Source of the DNA: an uncultured archaeon
Lineage (GTDB): Archaea; Iainarchaeota; Iainarchaeia; Iainarchaeales; CSSED10-239
Assembly: GCA_964463155.1 (NCBI GenBank)
Contig: CAYXAY010000003.1
Location: 2,717 to 34,716 of the forward strand
DNA: 32,000 bases
Reading direction: 5' to 3'
Position numbers and translations under genes: made by a program. Shown here piece after piece: positions 25,523 to 32,000 of this stretch (within the stretch, counting starts at the first letter, position 1; every line of letters begins with the position of its first letter). The notes below the pieces were generated by a model, which was not told the DNA's origin, ran no database searches, and saw only the letters and a program-made list of their open reading frames with translations.

Positions 25523-26956
25523 TAATTGCTTAGTACTTTCATAAATCACTAAATCAGCAGAATAGTTACTATAGTTTTCAATTTCCAAAGACGGCAGTTT
25601 AGGTAAACTCTTTAATTCAACAACATAAACATTCATTTTTGAACCTTTGTTTGCAACTAGTATTTGTAATTTTAGCGGTTTTGAATATTCAAAACTACAT
25701 ATTTTTTCTTTTATAATTATTTGGTTAGAATTTAACCTCAATTCTTCATATATTTCTCGTGTTAATGCACCTTCATCAGTTTCATTTTCTTCTATGCCGC
25801 CATGAATTATATCATAAAATGGGATTCTTTGTTTTTTAAATAAAATTAGCTCTCCATTATAATAACATAAAGCCCCGACCACTTTTCTAAATGGGAAATG
25901 ATTAATTGCATTTCTAATAAATGACAACCGATATTGCATTGCTACACATTCAAAAGTAAACATATTACAATATGATTTTTGTTTATTAAAATCATATTTG
26001 GCCAAAATCTCTCTTATATTAGAAATATAATTATAAAGAGCGTCCCAATTATTATACATTAGTATAAAATCCAGATACAATAGATAGAAATACTCTTTGG
26101 CGATTACCGGTAATCCGTGATATATGTAATCAGTAATTGTTGCGCGTTCTGTAAGTGTACAATGAGTCGATATGCCGACATCTATTTCATTAAAAAACTG
26201 ATTGTAAGAATCTATGTTTTCATCTACAATTTCTATACAAATGTGACTGTCATTATATTTTTCTATATTGTTTTTATATTCTCTGCGATACGGGGTTTGT
26301 CTATCCTTACGTAAGAAAAATCTTGCTTTAATAACTATATTTTTATCAATAAATAATTCTTTATTTTTCTTTGAAAATTCAAATAAATCTTCATAGGTCT
26401 TTGCTTTATGTAAAAAACCAACAATTCCTAAAATTATTTGTTTTTTATTTTTATAATCTATATTTTTATCTGTATAGTTTATCTCCTTTGCTGGCAATAA
26501 TGGGGCAAAATTTCTGGGATATAACGGATTGTGTGTAATCTTTCGTTTTTCGCTCTCTGTAGTTATATATTCTATAATTTTGTTAAATTTAGATGTGTCT
26601 TTATTCAATACAGCCATTAATTTTTTAAAAACTTTTGGATCATTATGAACCGATACTGTATATGCTACTGATTTTGATTTTAATAAATTTATTAGATTTA
26701 ACAATGGAATACACCCAAAATTAACCCCAAAATACCCATAATCAAATTCTAAATGAACCAAATTTATCTTATTTTTAATAACAAAATCTAATAGTGTGTG
26801 ATTTTCTGTGTCATATTCTGTTTCTGAAGGATATTCAGAATATTCTTTTTCAAATATGTCTATATCTGAAAAATATTTGCGTATCGCAAAAATCATATTT
26901 TTAGAATGTACTCGCATACCAGATGGCATGTCTGGATAAACAAATAAAACATTCAT
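25499..26956 (-). CDS. Glycosyltransferase (GT-B, GT1/GT4-like) fused to a C-terminal Nudix hydrolase domain
   Basis: 485 aa. The N-terminus MNVLFVYPDM... and ...ERATITDYIYHGLPVIA are GT-B-like. The C-terminus GGIEENETDEGALTREIYEELRL fits the Nudix box Gx5Ex7REUxEExGU at every position except the final G. Confidence 0.7.
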   Translation of the reverse strand: MNVLFVYPDMPSGMRVHSKNMIFAIRKYFSDIDIFEKEYSEYPSETEYDTENHTLLDFVIKNKINLVHLEFDYGYFGVNFGCIPLLNLINLLKSKSVAYTVSVHNDPKVFKKLMAVLNKDTSKFNKIIEYITTESEKRKITHNPLYPRNFAPLLPAKEINYTDKNIDYKNKKQIILGIVGFLHKAKTYEDLFEFSKKNKELFIDKNIVIKARFFLRKDRQTPYRREYKNNIEKYNDSHICIEIVDENIDSYNQFFNEIDVGISTHCTLTERATITDYIYHGLPVIAKEYFYLLYLDFILMYNNWDALYNYISNIREILAKYDFNKQKSYCNMFTFECVAMQYRLSFIRNAINHFPFRKVVGALCYYNGELILFKKQRIPFYDIIHGGIEENETDEGALTREIYEELRLNSNQIIIKEKICSFEYSKPLKLQILVANKGSKMNVYVVELKSLPKLPSLEIENYSNYSADLVIYESTKQLLNNLKKP

Positions 26957-27513
26957 TTTATCTTCCTCTTATTTTTAAATAATTTTTTAACTAATTCATC
27001 ACCGCTATTTTTAGAGTTGTTTTTATGAATAATGTCGCATTGTATTTTTGTCATCCCTAATTTCGATCTAATTGCATTAACTAATGCTGTGCGGATCAAT
27101 GCGTAGCGTTTATCTTTTAGATTTTCTCTTTTCATTAATCTCCTGACTCTTACATTTAAATCGGCAGTTAAATAAATCGTATAACATTTAGAACCATACC
27201 GATCCCCAAAAAAAATTCTTGATGGCGTCTATTTCTAATTGATTATAGGCACTTTCTATACAAATTATATCGTTTTGGGAAATAATTGGTTCTAAATTTT
27301 TAATAATACAATTTATTTTTTTTGTTGTAGAACCTTTCAAATATTTTTCTACAAATTTTGCAGCAGTTGGAATGCCGTGTTTTTCTCCTTCTTTCCTTAA
27401 TATTGTACTTATGCTTATTAATACTGCACCAAACTCGGATTGTAATTTTTAGATATCGTGGTTTTACCTACGGCTGTTGGACCATTAATAAAAAGAATTA
27501 TTTTTTCTGACAT
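26953..27513 (-). pseudogene. P-loop nucleoside-monophosphate-kinase-like gene split over three frames by two homopolymer frameshifts
   Basis: Frame 1 from ATG 27513 reads MSEKIILFINGPTAVGKTTIS. After the A5 run (plus-strand T5, 27446-27450) frame 2 reads KLQSEFGAVLISISTILRKEGEKHGIP...IDAIKNFF. After the T8 run (plus-strand A8, 27208-27215) frame 3 reads GDRYGSKCYTIYLTADLNVRVRRLMKRE... and includes track ORF 26953-27135. The 3' end shares an ATGA overlap with the GT-Nudix start. Confidence 0.65.
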
Positions 27514-27737
27514 TTTATCCCCCCTGAATAATGAGACAATATGTTAAAATAGATTTCCTTCGCACAATTATATAATTTGTTGAAATCACTGTCTGGCATG
27601 TTTTTTTTATCCTTCTTTAAGTTCCATAATTTTTTTAAAAGTCGCGCATTTGTCGGCAGTCTTTTTTTAATGGCAGTTATTATGTCGTCATACTCTTCAA
27701 CATACAAATTATAATTTAATAATATGTGCCTTCTCAT
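27498..27737 (-). CDS. Hypothetical 79-aa protein
   Basis: ORF only, with no recognisable family. Its start overlaps the upstream stub (TAATG) and its end overlaps the kinase start by 16 nt. Confidence 0.3.
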   Translation of the reverse strand: MRRHILLNYNLYVEEYDDIITAIKKRLPTNARLLKKLWNLKKDKKNMPDSDFNKLYNCAKEIYFNILSHYSGGIKCQKK

Positions 27738-27853
27738 TAAATTGGGTCGCTAAGAAAAACCACCTCTGCCCCCTTTTCTAATTGTAGCAAATTTAGTATG
27801 TGTCTACCAATTCTGCCCAATCCGCTTATTCCAATTCGTATAGGTTTTTGCAT
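27737..27853 (-). pseudogene. 38-codon stub of a Rossmann-fold oxidoreductase N-terminus (Gfo/Idh/MocA- or GAPDH-like)
   Basis: My translation is MQKPIRIGISGLGRIGRHILNLLQLEKGAEVVFLSDPI-TAA. It shows the classic beta-strand plus GxGxxG plus acidic-residue dinucleotide-binding N-terminus, then stops. Confidence 0.45.
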
Positions 27854-27984
27854 ATCATGTCCTATTTAACGACCAGTATTCGTCAAAAATAAAAACAATC
27901 TACATAATAAGTAATATACAATGAATTAGATATATAAATCTTGTGCTTTAATTTTTTGTAAAAATGCAAAAACTTGTAAATTTA

Positions 27985-28848
27985 TTAGACATTACCAAGA
28001 TAGATGGTCTCTAAACCTTTGTCTTTTGCTATCTTTTCAGCAAGTCTTAGAGTATCTAGTTTTGTTGGAATAATATCTGTTAATCTATAATATGGAAAGG
28101 CCCTTGAGAAATGTAAAGGAATCTTAGGAGAAACAGAATAAACAAAATCCACTATCTCTTGAACATTTTCTTGTTTAGTGTTGTGGCCTTCAATCAATAA
28201 ATTTGTTATCTCTATATGTATTTTGTTTTTGTGTATTGCTAGAATGTTATCTTTTATTTTATCTACATTTATTCCTTTAATCAACTTATTATAAAACTCT
28301 TGATTGCCTTTTAGATCAACATTAATGGCATCAAGATATGGGGTTATATCATCTAATACCTCTTTAGACATATAGCCGTTACTTACCCAGATGTTTTTTA
28401 GATTTTCCTTGTGAGCTAGTTTCATAATATCTAAAGCATAATCAACAAAGATTGTTGGCTCGGTATAGGTATAAGATATTGATGGGGTTTTGTATTTTTT
28501 TGCAAGAACTATTATCTCTTTTGGAGAAACTTCTAGCAGAGAATCTATATTAATATTTTTACAATTAGAAATTTCAAAATTTTGGCAAAAAGAGCAATCA
28601 AAATTACAGCCAGGAGTTCCAAAGGACAATGTTTTTGTGCGAGGTAAGAACTGAAAAAGCGGTTTTTTCTCTATTGGGTCAACACAAACAGAAATTGGTT
28701 TACCATAAACCAAAGAAACTAGCTTATTGTTTTGATTTCTACGAACATTACAAAAGCCGGTTTTACCGTCCTCAATCAAACAAAACCTATAGCAAGCAGT
28801 ACATTGAATAGTTTTAGAATCAATTATCTTAAAATATTTTGAAAACAT
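27985..28848 (-). CDS. amrS: AmmeMemoRadiSam-system radical SAM enzyme
   Basis: 287 aa. It has the N-terminal Cys cluster CTACYRFCLIEDGKTGFCNVRRN and the radical SAM motif GCNFDCSFCQNFEIS. Confidence 0.85.
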   Translation of the reverse strand: MFSKYFKIIDSKTIQCTACYRFCLIEDGKTGFCNVRRNQNNKLVSLVYGKPISVCVDPIEKKPLFQFLPRTKTLSFGTPGCNFDCSFCQNFEISNCKNINIDSLLEVSPKEIIVLAKKYKTPSISYTYTEPTIFVDYALDIMKLAHKENLKNIWVSNGYMSKEVLDDITPYLDAINVDLKGNQEFYNKLIKGINVDKIKDNILAIHKNKIHIEITNLLIEGHNTKQENVQEIVDFVYSVSPKIPLHFSRAFPYYRLTDIIPTKLDTLRLAEKIAKDKGLETIYLGNV

Positions 28849-28884
28849 AAAAAAGAAAGAAAGGAAAAAGGTTATTTAAACCCT

Positions 28885-29982
28885 TTACTTCTTTTTAAAA
28901 AACAGGAAATAACCTGCTGTTCCAAGGATTAGCAAAGCAACAACTATTAAAGCTGTTGTACTTGCTGCGCCTCCTGGAAGCCCCAAGAAACCTGTTGCAC
29001 CTGCTGTTGCAGCAGGAGCTGTTTCAGTTAATGCAGGGGTTGTAGTATCTGTTGGTGTTGGTTCTATTATTACCGCTGGTGGCATTGTTGTAACGATTGG
29101 TGGGCTAATGATAGTATCTGGTGGCATTTCCGCAGTAACAACTGTTACTATTGGTTCAGGTGTTGGAATTACAGTTACTCTTGTGCCCCCGCCGCCACCT
29201 CCGCCAGTAGGGGTTATTACTATCTTTATTAAATTTTCTTGAGCAGCAACAATATTTGCAGTTGCAGTGTCAACTTCTGCTTGAGTATTTTGATCGGTTA
29301 CTACATTAGCATTTACAATCGACATATATGCAGCCCAAGTTATTGTTGTATAATCATCAGCTATAACTGCAGCTAGTGCAGCGGCATATGCGGTCATATC
29401 AGATCTAACTTTTATAACTCTTGTAACTGGTATTGCAATATTACCTGCCGTGTCAATTGCATTATAAATTACTGGATAATCTCCAATAACAGATGTAAGT
29501 ACTTCTGATGAATTAATTTCTGCTACTAATTCTGTACTGTAATTGTCAGTTACTTCAGCCCCTAATTCTATATAAAAATCCCCTACTATAATAGCCTGCG
29601 GATTTGCACCATTTAATGTAATTATTGGAGCAGTCCAATCAATGCCTTGAATTGGATTTGATAATTGATAAATTGTATTTTCTTCTCCTTCACCAGGTTT
29701 TGCTTTATAACATATTGTTTTGCCATTGTCTGATTCTGAGTTAAATGTTTGTTCAGAATAGTTTATAAATGTTAATGTGCGATCACAGATCAATATTCCT
29801 GGGTTGTTAATTGATAGAAATAGGCGGTAGTGTTGGTCATCCACAGATGCGGTAATTGTTTTTGAATGCGCTGGTTGTGTGTTAGGGTTATTTATTGTAA
29901 TTATTGTATCCGCAAAAGCCATCCCTAGCATTCCAACTAAAAATAATAAGGCAAAAATATAGTTTACTTTTCGAAAAGCCAT
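28885..29982 (-). CDS. Secreted, C-terminally anchored surface protein (Ig-like DUF5011-type domain, FIVAR-like helical segment, T/P-rich stalk)
   Basis: 365 aa with signal peptide MAFRKVNYIFALLFLVGMLGMAFA. DWTAPIITLNGANPQAIIVGDFYIELGAEVTDNY...GDYPVIYNAIDTAGN fits the DUF5011 pattern. It also has a G7 run, a TPEP/TTPA stalk and a C-terminal TM helix ending in KKK. Confidence 0.7.
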   Translation of the reverse strand: MAFRKVNYIFALLFLVGMLGMAFADTIITINNPNTQPAHSKTITASVDDQHYRLFLSINNPGILICDRTLTFINYSEQTFNSESDNGKTICYKAKPGEGEENTIYQLSNPIQGIDWTAPIITLNGANPQAIIVGDFYIELGAEVTDNYSTELVAEINSSEVLTSVIGDYPVIYNAIDTAGNIAIPVTRVIKVRSDMTAYAAALAAVIADDYTTITWAAYMSIVNANVVTDQNTQAEVDTATANIVAAQENLIKIVITPTGGGGGGGTRVTVIPTPEPIVTVVTAEMPPDTIISPPIVTTMPPAVIIEPTPTDTTTPALTETAPAATAGATGFLGLPGGAASTTALIVVALLILGTAGYFLFFKKK

Positions 29983-30204
29983 GTTTATTCCTCCTATTTT
30001 TAATTTGTTAAATTATTAGTTTGGTTTATGACCGTCTTTTATGAAAGATTTTCGTTATTTTACACAAATGTTTTTACTATGAGTGGTTGTTGAAAAATAT
30101 TTATTTGAAAATAACTTAAATATTATTACTAGGGGAGAAATGTTTTTAAAAGAGCGCCATTATCAAAGTAAACAAATATAATATTATATTTCTTATATAT
30201 TTAC

Positions 30205-31488
30205 ATGAGATACAATATTGACTTACATATCCATTCCCCTTATGCTTCAGGAGTATCTAAGAATATGAATATTCCTGAATTAGCAAAAGAAGCTAAACTT
30301 AAAGGACTTGATGTCCTTGGAACTGGAGACATATTGCATCCTGATTGGCTGGAACATGCAAAACTTAACCTAAAAGAAGAACTCGGCTGTTTCTTTTACA
30401 AAGAAGATAAAAAAGAAGACAAAAACAAAAGAACACACTTTATATTGTCAACAGAAGTAGAAACAAAAGGAAGAGCGCATCATCTTTTGTTTTTTAAAGA
30501 CTTTAAACATGTTGAAATGTTTAGAAAAGAAATAGAAAAATACTCCGGCGACATGATGGTTTATGGGGGAGGAAGACCTAGACTGTCAATTGGGCCAGAA
30601 GAACTACTAAATGTTTGTATTGAATATGATGTTATTATTGGACCAGCTCACGCCTTTACTCCATATTTTGGAATATATGCTAATAATGAATCGCTTAAAA
30701 GCGCATATGGAGACAATTGGAGAAAAGTAAGATTTATTGAACTTGGACTTTCAGCTGACACCTTGTCAGCAAACATTATTCCTGAACTTAAAGACATTAA
30801 GTTCTTCTCATTTTCGGACGCACACTCGCCTAACAGCTATAGAATCGGAAGAGAATTTGTAGCAGTTGAAATGGAAAAACCAAACTTTGAATCTTTAAGA
30901 AATCTTTTAGAAGACAATGGAAGAAACTATGTTTTGTTTAATGTAGGATATAGTCCAGAAGAAGGAAAATACAATAGGACTGCTTGTAGGGAATGCACTA
31001 AAATTCATACACTTGCGGTAGCAGAAAAGAATAACTGGAGATGTCTAAAATGTAGAGGGGTCTTAAAAAAAGGAGTAATTGACAGAATAAAAGAAATTGC
31101 AGGACTTCAAGGAAACAAAGAATATAAGCAAATAGTTACTAGACCAGAATACAAATACTTGATGCCATTAGCTCAAATTTTACAAATAGAAGCAGGACAA
31201 AAAGAAATATACCATAAAGCTGTTATTGAAAAATATAACAGAATCATATCTAAATATACAGAAATACAAGTTATGCTTGAACTGAGTGAAGAAAAACTTA
31301 ACAAAATTGATATTGATGTCTCTAAACTGATCATGGCCTTTAGAAGAGGCTTTGTTGTTTTTAGGCCTGGCGGCGGAGGACATTATGGGGTTCCGTTTAT
31401 CTGCTTTTCAGAAGAAGAAAAAAAACTTAAAGAACAAGAGATATTAAAAGAACAAGAAATAAAATATATTCAAAAGACATTATTTTGA
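30205..31488 (+). CDS. endoQ: Endonuclease Q-like PHP-domain nuclease
   Basis: 427 aa. It shows DLHIHSPYASGVSKNM...KLKGLDVLGTGDILHPDW, IGPAHAFTP, ELGLSADT and FSDAHSP. It also has the zinc ribbon CRECTK...CLKCRG and FRPGGGGHYG. This matches my recollection of Pyrococcus EndoQ along its whole length. Confidence 0.75.
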   Translation: MRYNIDLHIHSPYASGVSKNMNIPELAKEAKLKGLDVLGTGDILHPDWLEHAKLNLKEELGCFFYKEDKKEDKNKRTHFILSTEVETKGRAHHLLFFKDFKHVEMFRKEIEKYSGDMMVYGGGRPRLSIGPEELLNVCIEYDVIIGPAHAFTPYFGIYANNESLKSAYGDNWRKVRFIELGLSADTLSANIIPELKDIKFFSFSDAHSPNSYRIGREFVAVEMEKPNFESLRNLLEDNGRNYVLFNVGYSPEEGKYNRTACRECTKIHTLAVAEKNNWRCLKCRGVLKKGVIDRIKEIAGLQGNKEYKQIVTRPEYKYLMPLAQILQIEAGQKEIYHKAVIEKYNRIISKYTEIQVMLELSEEKLNKIDIDVSKLIMAFRRGFVVFRPGGGGHYGVPFICFSEEEKKLKEQEILKEQEIKYIQKTLF

Positions 31489-31869
31489 ACTTTTAGAAAG
31501 AATTTCTTTTATTTGAGTTCTTACTTCTGCATATTTCTGTGTTGCATTAACAAGAGTTACAAAATCCAAAGCAGTTGTTGATTTTTTGTTTATTAAATCA
31601 TCAAATTTTTTAAACAAATTGTCTTTGTGCCCATCTAAAAAGATAACTAAACCTTTGATTTCTGGGTGCTTTGAAGAATTTGATTTTAATAGATTGATTT
31701 CTTTGTTTGCGTTTTTGTAGACATCAATCACTTGTGTTAGCTCTTCTTTCATCTTTGGATATTTGGAAGTGTATTGTCTTACTTTTTTTGCAAGAATTAC
31801 CGTTTTATCAACAGGCTTTTTTGAATCCCCTATCCTTCTTATTTTTCTAAGTCTAGATGTTACTACCAT
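31480..31869 (-). CDS. Hypothetical protein
   Basis: 129-aa ORF, basic and helical, with no recognised family. Its 3' end overlaps the convergent EndoQ gene by 9 nt. Confidence 0.4.
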   Translation of the reverse strand: MVVTSRLRKIRRIGDSKKPVDKTVILAKKVRQYTSKYPKMKEELTQVIDVYKNANKEINLLKSNSSKHPEIKGLVIFLDGHKDNLFKKFDDLINKKSTTALDFVTLVNATQKYAEVRTQIKEILSKSSK

Positions 31870-31929
31870 AATCTATCCCTTTTTTGTACATAAATAATAT
31901 ATAAAAAGATTTAAAAAATAGAAAGTAGG

Positions 31930-32000
31930 TTATTTCTTGCCATAGAGCTTTTCTGTTCTTTTGTAGATTCTCTCTGTTTTCTTGTCTATTCCCTGAACAA
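31930..32000 (-). CDS. 3' end of an unidentified CDS running off the window
   Basis: The reverse-strand frame reads ...VQGIDKKTERIYKRTEKLYGKK-TAA. It is too short to assign. Confidence 0.3.
   Translation of the reverse strand, partial: VQGIDKKTERIYKRTEKLYGKK

Noticed and set aside
1-32000. Global reassignment of TAG to a sense codon
   Set aside because: Five well-supported genes end at TAG with normal lengths (8832, 9225, 12616, 15781, 24537). Read-through would add only arbitrary short tails. At most, occasional suppression is conceivable, and that is kept as a low-probability hypothesis in the findings.
1-32000. tRNA, rRNA or other GC-rich structured RNA genes. Also integrase, transposase or reverse transcriptase (DGR/retron) that could explain the island.
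   Set aside because: The only GC-rich islands I found are the 31-nt motifs, coding segments and short palindromes. None has tRNA-like length or stem arrangement. No ORF shows recombinase, DDE or RT motifs. Without a covariance-model scan, small ncRNAs cannot be excluded.

Overview
This is an AT-rich archaeal chromosome segment. The archaeal call rests on MCM, RPA, aIF-1A, aIF-2beta, a Rio1 kinase, a presenilin-like protease, EndoQ and a Methanococcales-type S-layer protein. Genes are compact and often overlap, and GGAGG/GGTG ribosome-binding sites are present. It may be a small-genome uncultivated (DPANN-like) lineage, but the sequence alone cannot settle that. Layout:
(1) 1-7.6 kb is an ordinary conserved information-processing block on the minus strand: KH protein, Rio1, aIF-1A, DUF424, aIF-2beta, presenilin-like protease, MCM, RPA.
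(2) 7.6-12.5 kb holds a MazF-like TA pair, a plus-strand operon ending in an orphan GspE/FlaI-type ATPase, and a Bro-N/DinD-like gene broken by one amber codon.
(3) 12.4-24.5 kb is an accessory, defence-like island. Three COG1373-type AAA+ ATPases with PD-(D/E)xK-like C-termini are interleaved with three AbiEi/AbiEii pairs, all wrapped around the S-layer gene. They are linked by a ~50-nt intergenic element present three times and by a divergent promoter carrying perfect 18-bp direct repeats.
(4) 25.2-27.9 kb is a partly decayed glycosylation-type operon. It contains a glycosyltransferase-Nudix fusion, a P-loop kinase with two homopolymer frameshifts and a 38-codon Rossmann stub. Next to it is a small membrane ORF with two in-frame TAG codons.
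(5) 28-32 kb holds an AmmeMemoRadiSam radical SAM enzyme, an anchored surface protein and EndoQ.
I recognised no rRNA, tRNA, CRISPR array, integrase or transposase. The best candidate for something new is the ATPase/AbiE island with its shared regulatory repeats. A secondary puzzle is that all three nonsense interruptions in the window are TAG.
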